Assembly (NCBI GenBank): GCA_963785235.1
Contig: CAWAUM010000001.1
Span: 32,001 to 96,000 of the forward strand
Direction of reading: 5' to 3'
DNA length: 64,000 bases
Source: an uncultured delta proteobacterium
GTDB taxonomy: Bacteria; Desulfobacterota; Desulfomonilia; UBA1062
Each line of letters begins with the position of its first letter. The stretch's first letter is position 1. Position numbers and translations under genes: made by a program. Below the pieces are notes generated by a model that searched no databases, was not told the DNA's origin, and was given only the letters and a program-made list of their open reading frames with translations. Shown here piece by piece: positions 44,320 to 54,270 of this stretch.

Positions 44320-44448
44320 TATGCGGGGCAATTGCGGAAATCAAAAAGGGTGTCACCCCCGCGAAAGCGGGGGTCCAGGAGTTCTTGAAAAGACTGGATT
44401 CCCGCTTTCGCGGGAATGACAGTCTCTGACGTATGCAATCGCCTCATA
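44320..44448. repeat. REP doublet (GTCATTCCCGCG...GGGAATCCAG type) with outer inverted repeat
   Basis: Core 44349-44421: TGTCACCCCCGCGAAAGCGGGGGTCCAG...CTGGATTCCCGCTTTCGCGGGAATGACA; reverse-complement copy at 59024-59096. Confidence 0.85.
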
Positions 44449-44470
44449 TGCACAATGGTATGTCTGGTTG

Positions 44471-45628
44471 CTATTTCGAGATCACGATCTTGCCCGCATC
44501 GTTAACCACATAGAGGTAAAACGGCACGCCTACGCGGTCACCCTGGGGAGTAAACCCTATGGGGCCGGTGATGCCGGGCACGTTCTTCACCTTGGTTTTC
44601 AGGTAATCGGCCAGCTTGTCCGAGTCGGTGGACTTGGTCTTGTCAACGGCATATGCGATGATGTTCACGGCATCCGCTGCATAGATGGGCCACGGGCTCG
44701 ACGGGATGTCGCCGAACTTTGCCTTGTAGGCAGCCAGGAAGTCCTTGGCCTCTTTGTAGGGGAGGTCGCCGGGCAGCGGCTCGTTGGTCATGTAGCAGCC
44801 CTTTGCAACCTTGATGCCTGCGATCTTCACGAACTCGTCGTTGATGGCCGCATTGCCGCCCACAAACGGGCACTTGATACCGATGTCGCGGGCCTGGGTC
44901 ACGAGCAGGGCAGCCTCGGCATAGTAGCCGGTGAAGTACCACACATCGGGTTTGCTTTCACGCAGGTTGGTCAACGAGACCTTGTAATCCTTCTCTCCGG
45001 GGGTGATGGCGTCAAAGAACACGATCTCCACCTTTTTTGCCGTTACCATGGGCTCCAGAGCCTTCTTGGTATCCTCGGCCAGGCCTTTGCCGAATGCGGT
45101 GTTGTCGTGCATGATGGCAATGCGCTTGGCCTTGAACTTTGCGGGAACGGCCGCGGCAAAGAACTTGCCCTGGGAATCATCTCTGCCGCAGGTGCGGAAG
45201 AAGTATTTGAAGTCTCTCTCGGTAAGTCTTACAGCAGTGACACCGTAGCCGATGTTCACCTTCTTGAACTTCTCATAGATGTTGGATGCCGGTTCGCATA
45301 CCGATGAGCCATAGGTGGAAACGGCTGCCACTACTTCCTTCTGGCCCACGAGCTTCTGTGCGGCCAAGGCGCCGGTCTTGGGTTCTCCCGCATCGTCTTC
45401 CACCTTGATGACGACCTTGCGGCCGCCCAGGATGCCGCCCTTTTTGTTAATGAGATCCGCTGCAATCTCGCACGACTGCTTGGCCATCTGGCCTTCATAG
45501 GCCCATGCCCCGGTAATGGGTCCCTGGAGGCCGATAACTACCGGCTCCTTGTCTGCAGCCATCGCTGCCGGTGCAGCCATGAACAACAACATGCTTGCCA
45601 CAAGAAGACACTTCATGAACTTCATCAT
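44471..45628 (-). CDS. livK: Branched-chain amino acid ABC substrate-binding protein
   Basis: Signal peptide, GPITG..A..G, IN..GG, FFRTCGRDDSQG. Confidence 0.88.
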   Translation of the reverse strand: MMKFMKCLLVASMLLFMAAPAAMAADKEPVVIGLQGPITGAWAYEGQMAKQSCEIAADLINKKGGILGGRKVVIKVEDDAGEPKTGALAAQKLVGQKEVVAAVSTYGSSVCEPASNIYEKFKKVNIGYGVTAVRLTERDFKYFFRTCGRDDSQGKFFAAAVPAKFKAKRIAIMHDNTAFGKGLAEDTKKALEPMVTAKKVEIVFFDAITPGEKDYKVSLTNLRESKPDVWYFTGYYAEAALLVTQARDIGIKCPFVGGNAAINDEFVKIAGIKVAKGCYMTNEPLPGDLPYKEAKDFLAAYKAKFGDIPSSPWPIYAADAVNIIAYAVDKTKSTDSDKLADYLKTKVKNVPGITGPIGFTPQGDRVGVPFYLYVVNDAGKIVISK

Positions 45629-45849
45629 TAGCTCCCCCTCGAAATAAGTTTTGGAATCAACCTTTAAGATATTCACATCCGTACATCACGTAATGGGTAC
45701 GATGCGCGGAATGCTCCGCTTAAAAAGCCCCCTTGTATGAGGAGTGGGAAAAACAATATAGGGGGGCAGCCTATAGGCTGTCAATGGCAATCTCGGTGAG
45801 ACGGTTTTAGAAGAAAGAATACCTTCATAATTCTGTTAACAGGGAAATG

Positions 45850-45990
45850 AAATCCGGATCGTGTGCTTAAGATGCGTAGAAACCTGATCCGTTCAAATCT
45901 TCATCTTGCAGCCTTTGCAAAAATGCTGATTATCTCGGTCCTTGAGGCTGCAAGATGAAGATTTGAACGGACCTGTTTTAAAAACAATTC
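45850..45990 (+). repeat. Long-hairpin MITE-like repeat, copy B
   Basis: Perfect 27-bp IR 45888-45914/45945-45971 with a 30-nt spacer; CTGATCC left flank and GGACCTGTTTTAAAAA right flank. Confidence 0.85.
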
Positions 45991-46008
45991 CATTAGCTGC
46001 ATCGTGCT

Positions 46009-46923
46009 CTAATCTATTTTATTTGCCCTTATAGTATCCGGCGAGAGCACATCATGTTCACGCTCCCACTGGAGCATGACGATGGCTGCAATTACCGATA
46101 AACCCCCGGTGATCTGTAAGGGGGAAAGTGACTCATCGAGAAGGAAGAATGCCATGAAGGCCGCGGCAATGGGTTCCAGCGTTGCGGTAATGATGGTGCG
46201 TGTGGACCTGATGTAATTTACCCCGACCAGGTAAAGGCCAAAGGGAATGAGCGTGCCGAATACCACGATGTAGAGAATGGACGCCCACTGCTGCATCGTG
46301 TAGGACTCTGAAATGATGAGCAAGGGCCTCTGTACGATATTAAGGCTCAAGGCCGAGAACAGCAGCGCATAGGTCAGAGATGTCCAGGGGTTGTGCCTCT
46401 GCATCCCCTTTTCTCCAAGCAGGGTTGTTGACGCAAAGGCAAAGGCAGACAGAAGCGCCCACATGATGCCTTCCCTGTTCATGCTCAGCAGCTTAAGGCT
46501 GTACCCGCCTACCACGAGATAGCATCCAGCGATGGAGAGTATCAGCGCGATAACCTTTCTTGCCGTCACATGCTCATGCCAGAAGATCATGGAATACCCA
46601 GCCACAAGAACCGGGGCCAGGTACTGAACAAGGATAGCTGCAGCCACCTGTATCTTGCTGATGGCAAGGAAATAGGAGAGCTGCATCAGGGCCATGAACA
46701 CGCCCCCGAATAACAGGAAGTAGCCTATGTCACGCACCCTGATCCTGAGCAGGGAGGGTTTCCCCACAAGTAGGACCATTCCAATAATCACAGAGGCGAT
46801 GGTTACGCGGGTCTGGACAAGGATAAAGGGTGACATGCCCGCATTGAACAGCGCCTTTCCTGCCGTGCCGCAGGAGGCCCACAGGAGGGCGGCTGCTATA
46901 ACCGACAGGTACCCTTTTGCCAT
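46009..46923 (-). CDS. EamA/DMT family transporter
   Basis: About 10 TM helices; A.LLW, QYLAP, LEP motifs. Confidence 0.88.
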   Translation of the reverse strand: MAKGYLSVIAAALLWASCGTAGKALFNAGMSPFILVQTRVTIASVIIGMVLLVGKPSLLRIRVRDIGYFLLFGGVFMALMQLSYFLAISKIQVAAAILVQYLAPVLVAGYSMIFWHEHVTARKVIALILSIAGCYLVVGGYSLKLLSMNREGIMWALLSAFAFASTTLLGEKGMQRHNPWTSLTYALLFSALSLNIVQRPLLIISESYTMQQWASILYIVVFGTLIPFGLYLVGVNYIRSTRTIITATLEPIAAAFMAFFLLDESLSPLQITGGLSVIAAIVMLQWEREHDVLSPDTIRANKID

Positions 46924-46942
46924 GGTTGACTTCATCACGCGA

Positions 46943-48067
46943 TCACAGCTGGGAAGCAATTACCATTCTCTGGACGTTGGCCGTCCCGTCGATGGCCTTC
47001 ATGAGCCTGGCATCGTGGTAGATCCGGGTGATCTCGCTTGTGGCGGTGATGGTTTTGTGTCCGAGCATATCCATGCCGAAGGATGCGCAATCGAAGAGGA
47101 CCTCGGAGGCATAGAGCTTGGCCATGGATGACTCCATGGTAAAGGGCTTGCCCGCATCGATGCGCTCTAAAGCGTCCCGGTAGACGAGTCGTGCCGCATG
47201 GGCCCTTGTGGCAAGGTCAGCCAGAGTGAAGGTGACGCCCTGGAAGGTGCTCAGGGGCTTGCCGAACTGCACACGGTCCTTTGCATAGCGGACGATCAGA
47301 TCGAGCGCCCGGCCGGTCTCGCCCACACAGCAGGCCGCAACCAGAGGCCGTCCCTTGTCCAGGGTTTCCATGAAGAGGAGGTAGCCGCTGCCCTGTTCGC
47401 CCAGGAGGCAGTCTTTCTGGATGCGGACATTGTCAAAGGACACGCTCCCCATTACCCCGCCGGCAAACCCCAAGGTGTCGTACGGTTCGCTCAAGCGTAT
47501 TCCCGGGGTGTCCGCATCCATGACAAAGGCGTTCAATGCAGTCCGGCCCGATCCTGTGGGGTAAGCGGCAAACACGATGAAGATGCGTGCAATGGCATGG
47601 TTGATGACAATGCTCTTGGTGCCGTTCACAACATATCCATCGCCTTTTTTCAGCGCTGTAGTGCTTAGGGCGGTTATGTCGGAACCTGCGGTCTCCTCGG
47701 TGAGGCAGAACCCCGCCGGTGTACGGTCTTTGGCAATGGCCTTCAGGCGCTGCTCATGAAAGGTGTTCTGACAGGCGCTCTCTATCATGGATGCGCAATG
47801 AACCGAGGTCAGGGGGCCGGAAAGGGTTCCGGGTATCTCAGCGCTCAAGGTTTCATAGACGATCCCGGTGCTCAGGTAATCGAGTCCTTTGCCTCCATAC
47901 TTTTTAGGTAAAAGAAGGGCATGGTAGCCCTTCCGGGCAAAGGCGGCAAAGAGCCTTCGGGCCTGCTCGATCTTCCCTTCCTCTTCCTGCAGATGGCAGG
48001 ACAATCCCCGGGCAAATGTACGGGCCTGTTCAACGAGCTTACCCTGTTTGGGGCTGAGATCATCCAT
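46943..48067 (-). CDS. Acyl-CoA dehydrogenase-like protein (atypical active site)
   Basis: PKKYGG, FCLTEETAGSD, NGTK, RVQFGKP..FQ, IDGTANVQR. Confidence 0.85.
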   Translation of the reverse strand: MDDLSPKQGKLVEQARTFARGLSCHLQEEEGKIEQARRLFAAFARKGYHALLLPKKYGGKGLDYLSTGIVYETLSAEIPGTLSGPLTSVHCASMIESACQNTFHEQRLKAIAKDRTPAGFCLTEETAGSDITALSTTALKKGDGYVVNGTKSIVINHAIARIFIVFAAYPTGSGRTALNAFVMDADTPGIRLSEPYDTLGFAGGVMGSVSFDNVRIQKDCLLGEQGSGYLLFMETLDKGRPLVAACCVGETGRALDLIVRYAKDRVQFGKPLSTFQGVTFTLADLATRAHAARLVYRDALERIDAGKPFTMESSMAKLYASEVLFDCASFGMDMLGHKTITATSEITRIYHDARLMKAIDGTANVQRMVIASQL

Positions 48068-48407
48068 GGTTTTTCCTCCAAGCAAGGAAGTCGAGGTAGA
48101 GGGACAGGGCCTGGAGCTCGCCTTCGTTCATGACCTTTATGCAGGAGATGAGCTGGTCCTGAAGCGAGGATACATCAGGACTGTGTCCGGGTACGACCTC
48201 ATCATCGGAGCTGATGAAGTATTCCAGGTCCTTGCTTAGAAGCCGGGCGATCTCTTCGATCTGGTGGAGGTAGAGCCTGCGCTTTCCCAGTTCATAGTTG
48301 GACAGGGCAGCCTGGGTGATGCCCAGTGTCTGTGCGAGTCCCACCTGGGTCAGGCCTTTTTCCTCGCGGGCCTGCTGGATCTTTTTCCCGATTTCTTTAA
48401 ATCCCAT
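48060..48407 (-). CDS. XRE-family HTH regulator
   Basis: IGKKIQQAREEKGLTQ.GLA..LGITQAALSNYELGKR. Confidence 0.9.
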   Translation of the reverse strand: MGFKEIGKKIQQAREEKGLTQVGLAQTLGITQAALSNYELGKRRLYLHQIEEIARLLSKDLEYFISSDDEVVPGHSPDVSSLQDQLISCIKVMNEGELQALSLYLDFLAWRKNHG

Positions 48408-48490
48408 GACCGCATCTCCAAAGGGGTACGTTCCATGTAGGTTCCCCGGGTATGAAAAGGCAAGCCCATTTTTGGGTACGCAGGGAAGCC

Positions 48491-48540
48491 TTGACATGAA
48501 TATAACAAAGAGGGATAATAATACAACAAAACGTTATATC
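48491..48540 (+). promoter_or_regulatory. Sigma70 promoter for the ACAD gene with a candidate operator
   Basis: TTGACA-17 bp-GATAAT; ATATAAC...GTTATAT inverted half-sites. Confidence 0.6.
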
Positions 48541-48553
48541 AGCGGGGGTGTCC

Positions 48554-49802
48554 ATGTTTGACTACATTATGACCGATGCGCAGAAAAAACTCAGAGATGA
48601 GGCCCGGGCCTTTACCAAGTGGGTGCCCAAGCAGCTAATCCTCGACATGGATGCTGAAAAGATCCAGTTCCCGCACGAATACCTTAAGGAGGCGGGGCGA
48701 AGGAATCTCCTTGGCATCAGGCTCCCCAAAGAGCTCGGCGGCAGGGGGCTGACCTGGGTCGATGACTCCATCGTGGCCGAGGAAGTGGGCGTTGCCAGCT
48801 ATTCGCTGGCCTGCCTGTGGGGCGTGGGTGCTGATATCGTGTGTGAGGCCATTACGCTGTTCGGCAATGACGAGCTGAAACAGGCCGTGGTAGTCCCGCT
48901 TCTCAAGGGAGAGACCTTTGCGGCCGAAGGGCTGACGGAACCCAGGGGTGGGTCTGACTTCTTCGGTGCCACGACCTATGCGAAAAAAGACGGCGATGAC
49001 TGGATCATCAACGGTCAGAAGCGCTTCATCGTGGGTGCCGAAGGTGCGGACTGGTTCTTGGTCTATGCGGTGACCGACCCGGATGCGCCGCCACACAAGC
49101 GCATGACCGCCTTCATGGTGCCGAGAACCGGCGGTGTGGAATCCAAGTACATCTACGGGTTGATGGGTGTGCGGGGTGGGGGTGCAGGCCGGCTCGTGCT
49201 CAAGGATGTGCGCGTGCCCGAGCGCTATGCCCTGAACGGGATCAACGGCGGGTTCGATGTCTTCATGCGCATGATGATCCCCGAGCGCCTTGGCACTGCG
49301 GCCATGACGCTGGGATCGGTCCGCCCGGCCATAGAGATCGCCACGAAGTACACCAGCAAGCGCAAGGCCTTCGGGCTTCCCATCCAGAGTTTCCAGGCCG
49401 TGGGCTTCAAGGTGGCGGATTCCGTGATGCTGCTCGATGCCGCACGGTCCATGGTCTATTCCACCTGCCTTGCCGTGGATTCGGGCAAGGTCCATGCAAC
49501 CAGGGTGCGGCGCCTTGTTTCCGAGAGCAAGAAGTTTGTGACTGAGGCGGCCTGGGAGATTGCCAACAAGTGCATGCAGGCAGTGGGCGGGATCGGCTAC
49601 ACGAACGTGTACCCGCTTGAGCGCATCGTGCGCGACATCAGGCTCTCCATGATCTGGGTGGGCGGCTAACGAGATCATGCAGCTCATCATCCAGAACGAG
49701 TGGTACAAGGAATACCACAAGGTCATATCAAAAGAGGATGTGCGCGATGTGGAGGCCGATGCCGTGAACGCCGATGCGGAAGGCGAGAAGATTTACGAGT
49801 AG
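48554..49802 (+). CDS. Acyl-CoA dehydrogenase (frameshift near 49663)
   Basis: LTEPRGGSD, INGQKRFI, PERL, GGIGY, then NEIMQLII in the shifted frame. Confidence 0.9.
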
Positions 49803-49826
49803 AGAAAGGAAACAGCTCTATAGGGA

Positions 49827-49878
49827 TCAGGGGTCAGAATCCGGATGCATGGGGTGGATTCTGTCCCTGACTTTTTTT
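49827..49878 (+). terminator. Rho-independent terminator
   Basis: TCAGGGGTCAGAATCC/GGATTCTGTCCCTGA stem plus T7. Confidence 0.65.
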
Positions 49879-49963
49879 ATGAAACCAGCATGATGTCTCA
49901 GGTTTTATGCTCCGCTGGTTAAGCCCTTCGGAAATAAATCCGTCCCCTTTTTTGCAAAAAGAA

Positions 49964-51112
49964 TTATAACGAGGCCGAGAAATCCTCAAATACTACCTCA
50001 ATAGGAATTGCAAATCCTATACCTTCGGCTTGGGTTAAGACCATGGTATTAACGCCCAATACATTCCCTTGCTTGTCGATAAGGGGGCCGCCACTGTTTC
50101 CGGGATTGATGGCTGCGTCTATCTGTAGGTATGTTTCGTCACTGTTGACCTTCTTTCTGTATGCGGAAAAAATCCCGGAAGTCACGGTATTGCTCAACCC
50201 CAAAGGACTCCCGATAGTATATACAACCTGACCCTGTTCAAGAGGTTGCTCTTTTGTATTCCGTTTCAAAACCCGGCCGGAGATCGAATAGACTTTCAAA
50301 AGGGCCAGATCGTGGGTAGCGCTGGTTATAATACTGTCAACGGAATACTCCTTGTTGTCAGCCGTGACTATTTTGACATCCTGGGAGGACTTCTGGTCCA
50401 TTAACTTCGCAAGCTTTTCCTCTTCATTTCGCTGTATAGGCAATGCTTTGTTTACTTCCCCCTCCTTGCCCTGGATGATAAGCTCCAATTGACTCCTGTT
50501 TGGCCCGGCAGGCATCTGCTGCATCCTTTTTTTCCACTCATTGATTTTTTCAACTTCAAGATTAATTATCTTCCGGTTCCGCTCTACTCTGGTTTTGAAT
50601 GCTTCAAAGTCCGTGTCATCGAACATGACGACATGCTTGTTTGTTATGACGGCATGCTCACCAATAAAAAATCCCGACCCAATGCTGCCCCAGGGGGTGC
50701 GAACTGAGACAGTCGAGCTTAGAGCTCTCTGGATGGGTTCTTGATCCGACAACTTCTTATCTGAGGTTTCGGTTATTATAATAGGCAATGATCGGGAAGA
50801 TTTTTCCTTGGCATGCTGGTTCTTTGGGTCATTTGCCGGGGGAGTAACACTAGTTGGGTCAGATGAAAAGTGTGATCGCCCACCAAAATATACTCCAGCC
50901 ACAAAGGTCGAGATGAGAACCAGACTCACCAATATCACCACGCGACGGTTCCCGGGACCGGTCGCCTCTATCGTAACATGTTCAGCCTCGGCTTTCTTCC
51001 GGGCCTCGGCCTGAAAATATTTTTTATAAACAATCCCGCAGGTTTCACACTCAACCTCGTTGGTAATCTTACTTGAACATTTAGGGCAGTGATCCAATAC
51101 CTTTTCTGTCAT
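49964..51112 (-). CDS. Trypsin-like (HtrA-type) serine protease with N-terminal Zn-ribbon, TM helix and coiled-coil insertion
   Basis: CPKC..C.TC, TM, GSGFF, TNKHV, DLALL, INPGNSGGP; no PDZ domain. Confidence 0.88.
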   Translation of the reverse strand: MTEKVLDHCPKCSSKITNEVECETCGIVYKKYFQAEARKKAEAEHVTIEATGPGNRRVVILVSLVLISTFVAGVYFGGRSHFSSDPTSVTPPANDPKNQHAKEKSSRSLPIIITETSDKKLSDQEPIQRALSSTVSVRTPWGSIGSGFFIGEHAVITNKHVVMFDDTDFEAFKTRVERNRKIINLEVEKINEWKKRMQQMPAGPNRSQLELIIQGKEGEVNKALPIQRNEEEKLAKLMDQKSSQDVKIVTADNKEYSVDSIITSATHDLALLKVYSISGRVLKRNTKEQPLEQGQVVYTIGSPLGLSNTVTSGIFSAYRKKVNSDETYLQIDAAINPGNSGGPLIDKQGNVLGVNTMVLTQAEGIGFAIPIEVVFEDFSASL

Positions 51113-51163
51113 TGCCTTGTTTCTCCTATGGTGTTTTCATGAAAAAATCATCAAGTATGATTA

Positions 51164-51220
51164 TCCTCACGCGATGATCAGCGGCGGCTGTAAGCCGTCC
51201 GCTGGATTAATTTGTTGGGG
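51164..51220 (-). mobile_element. Degenerate integron attC-like site
   Basis: Minus strand CCCCAAC-AAATT-AATCCAGCGGACGGC-TTACA-GCCGCCGCTGATC-ATCGC-GTGAGGA; 57 bp; R' reads GTG instead of GTT. Confidence 0.6.
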
Positions 51221-51352
51221 CTGCCTTTATGGCTGAATGTAGCACAGATAGCCCAGCTGTGTGAGAAAAGGAACTGCCCCTTATCTTTTTTTCTCTTCTG
51301 CATCTATTAGCCATTTGTCATAAGTTGCTTAGAAACTAACCACATGCAGGGA

Positions 51353-52087
51353 TTAGAATATTTCCGCCATAGATGCATCGTCAATGTGTTTCATATATCT
51401 CATACTTGGTTTTGTCTCGTATAGGATGAAGGATTCCTCTTGGGATGAATCATTGCGACCAACAACGAAGATTGTATTATCACAAATGACACCTGCATAA
51501 TTCTGGATTGACATACAGATATTTCCGTTAGACGGGTCGCCTAGATAGATATTGTTTTGGTCGTACCCTCTTAATACTACAAAGCGTTTGACTCCGGCAA
51601 TTTCAATAGGAGTAATGCTAACTTGAGCAAAAGAGTCGAAGGTATCATTTTGAAGCTGGCTAAGCGATATCCCATCAACTATTTTGTAGCCTGTTCCAGT
51701 ATACCCTATGGCTTCAAGATACGTCTTCATATCCAGGAGTGAAAAAGCTTTTCGTTGATTTATCTCTTCTGTATTGCCATACGTGAGCATTCCTTGCATC
51801 ACCGTTTCCTCGGTAGCATTTTCATTGAATGAATATTTCAAAATAGTTGCGAGTGATGCTGATAAGCAACTGAAGTCGGAAGATCTCATGATCAGTCCGT
51901 GCTTGGTGATTTTCGAAGGAGGCACGACCTCACTAATGACATTCCCAGTCGTGTCTATCTGTGTATACTTAACCATAGTCTGTTCATTTTGTCCGGCTTG
52001 ATCTTCATGAGAACTTCCGCTGCTACATGCTGTACAAAAGAAAGCTATGGCAATGGCCAACAAGCATATGTAAAATAAAACTCTCAT
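51353..52087 (-). CDS. C39 peptidase-like lipoprotein (FapD-like)
   Basis: Lipobox CTAC; DFSC.SA.LAT.L, FSLLDMK.Y, FVV, LGDP.G. Confidence 0.8.
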   Translation of the reverse strand: MRVLFYICLLAIAIAFFCTACSSGSSHEDQAGQNEQTMVKYTQIDTTGNVISEVVPPSKITKHGLIMRSSDFSCLSASLATILKYSFNENATEETVMQGMLTYGNTEEINQRKAFSLLDMKTYLEAIGYTGTGYKIVDGISLSQLQNDTFDSFAQVSITPIEIAGVKRFVVLRGYDQNNIYLGDPSNGNICMSIQNYAGVICDNTIFVVGRNDSSQEESFILYETKPSMRYMKHIDDASMAEIF

Positions 52088-52580
52088 ATAACCTCCATAA
52101 TGCCCAACCAATAACTATACTGCGCTTTTGCAGTATATCCCCATTGTTATTCGTTGCACAAATGCAATATACCCAGATATTGAGTGCAAGACATTATATT
52201 GTTATAGATATATAGACATTAAAAAAACTGGTAGTAACTTATTCAAGCTGAAAGCGCTTAAACTTCGTGACTGAAGGGCTGATTCGTGGAATTGTATTGG
52301 GCCCTCCTCCAAAAGCGTCAGGCTGTTGTCATTCCATTTCATGCTGTTGTGAACATGGTTATACTATATTTATATCAGGAAGTTAGGATCTTTGTCAAAG
52401 AAAAGGGGTTAGAGGTTCATGTCTTGCCGGGATTATTGCGCCACCGAAGAGAGCTCGAAATGACGGTCGTGTAGCACGACACAGTCTCCCTACCTAAGAA
52501 GAAGGGGATCTAATAATTGCCCAGATATCTCACCTCGAAAAACGTGCTTGATTTGTTTCGATACATAATGCATATATTAG

Positions 52581-52595
52581 TATTGTAATACAATA
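52581..52595. promoter_or_regulatory. Candidate GntR-type operator upstream of the beta-oxidation operon
   Basis: Palindrome TATTGTAATACAATA in an AT-rich promoter, about 28 bp before the start codon. Confidence 0.5.
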
Positions 52596-52622
52596 ATACA
52601 AAATGCATTGGAGGTTTCAGCC

Positions 52623-54245
52623 ATGATGGATTTCCCGCTTCTTCTGAGGACGTTTCTGTTAAGGTCTGCAAAATACTTTCCCAAAAAAGAGATCGTCTCC
52701 GTGTTTCCCGAGTTTGTCCACCGGTACACCTATGCAGACTACTACAAGAGGGTATGCCAGCTCGCCCATGCACTGAAATCTCTGGGTATCAAGCGCGGCG
52801 ACAGGGTGGCGAGCATTGCACTCAACGACCACCGGCACCTGGAGCTCTACTTCGGTGTCCCGTGCTCCGGGGCGGTCCTTCACACGGTTAACTTCAGGCT
52901 GCCCATGAATCATCTCGTGTACATCATCAATCATGCAGAAGACCAGGTCATCTTCGTGGATGAGGACCTGCTCCTGTTCGTGGAGATGATCAAAGACCAG
53001 CTCAAGAGCGTCAAGCACATCGTGGTGCTTTCCCACACTGGAAAGAAGCCGGTATCGGGCATAGAGAACCTCATCATGTACGACGACCTCATCGCCCAGT
53101 TCCCCGAGGAATACGATTTCCCCATCGACCTGTCCGAGTGGGACCCGGCCATGATCTGCTATACCTCGGCCACCACAGGCGACCCCAAGGGGGTTGTGTA
53201 TTCCCACCGGGCCATCATCCTCCACACCTATGCCGTGGCCGTCACCTTCGGCGCAAGCGAGGCGGACTGCACCCTGCACATCGTGCCCATGTTCCATGCC
53301 AATGCCTGGTGCGGGCCGTTCGCCGCTGTGGGGGCCGGATGCAAGCAGGTGCTTCCGGGCCGCGAGGTGATCAACATGGAGAAGCTCTGCAAGACCATTG
53401 CCGAGGAAAAGGTTACCTTCACTGCCGGCGTCCCCACCATCTGGATGCTCCTGTATGACTACCTTGAAAAAGGCGGATGGCATGACTTCTCCACGCTGAA
53501 GACCATAGCGAGCGGCGGGGCAGCCATCCCCAGGCAGCTCATGATCGACCTCAACGAGAAGTACGGCTTCCCCATCAAGCAGGCCTACGGCGCCACCGAG
53601 ACCACACCGCTTGCCACCGCTGCAATCCCAAAGAGCTACATGGCAGATTGGCCTTCAGAGAAGCTCTATGACGTCAAGACGAGCATCGGCATCATCGCCT
53701 TGGGCCTGGAGATGAAGATTGTGGACGATTCCGGTGCCGAGGTCAAGATGGACGGCAAGGAGTGGGGAGAGATATGCCTGAGGGGCCCCTGGATCGCCAA
53801 CGAATACTACAAGGATCCGGAGCGTTCCAAGGAGACCTTCCGCAACGGATGGTACCATACCGGCGATATCGGCACCATCGACGAAGAGGGTTATGTCAGG
53901 CTCGTGGACCGGAAGAAGGACCTGGTCAAGAGCGCGGGCGAATGGATCTCCTCGGTGGACCTGGAGAACCTGATCATGTCGCACCCCAAGATCATGGAGG
54001 CGGCCATTATCGGCGTACCGCACCCCAAATGGCAGGAGAGGCCGCTGGCCTGTGTCGTTGTCACGCCGGGACAGAGCATGACCGCAGACGATCTCAAGGA
54101 TTTTCTCAAGGACAAGGTAAAGGCCGCCTTCTGGATACCCGACGAGATCATCTTCTTGAAAGATATCCCCAAGACCAGCGTGGGTAAATTCAACAAACGC
54201 GAGCTTCGCAAGCTCCATGCAGATGGTCAGCTGATATCGCTGTAA
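52623..54245 (+). CDS. Fatty-acid--CoA ligase (AlkK-like)
   Basis: YTSATTGDPKGV, PMFHANAW, AYGATET, TGD, DRKKDLVK.AGEWISS, PKTSVGK. Confidence 0.92.
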   Translation: MMDFPLLLRTFLLRSAKYFPKKEIVSVFPEFVHRYTYADYYKRVCQLAHALKSLGIKRGDRVASIALNDHRHLELYFGVPCSGAVLHTVNFRLPMNHLVYIINHAEDQVIFVDEDLLLFVEMIKDQLKSVKHIVVLSHTGKKPVSGIENLIMYDDLIAQFPEEYDFPIDLSEWDPAMICYTSATTGDPKGVVYSHRAIILHTYAVAVTFGASEADCTLHIVPMFHANAWCGPFAAVGAGCKQVLPGREVINMEKLCKTIAEEKVTFTAGVPTIWMLLYDYLEKGGWHDFSTLKTIASGGAAIPRQLMIDLNEKYGFPIKQAYGATETTPLATAAIPKSYMADWPSEKLYDVKTSIGIIALGLEMKIVDDSGAEVKMDGKEWGEICLRGPWIANEYYKDPERSKETFRNGWYHTGDIGTIDEEGYVRLVDRKKDLVKSAGEWISSVDLENLIMSHPKIMEAAIIGVPHPKWQERPLACVVVTPGQSMTADDLKDFLKDKVKAAFWIPDEIIFLKDIPKTSVGKFNKRELRKLHADGQLISL

Positions 54246-54270
54246 ATTGAACGTGTAAAGGGAGGATGCC

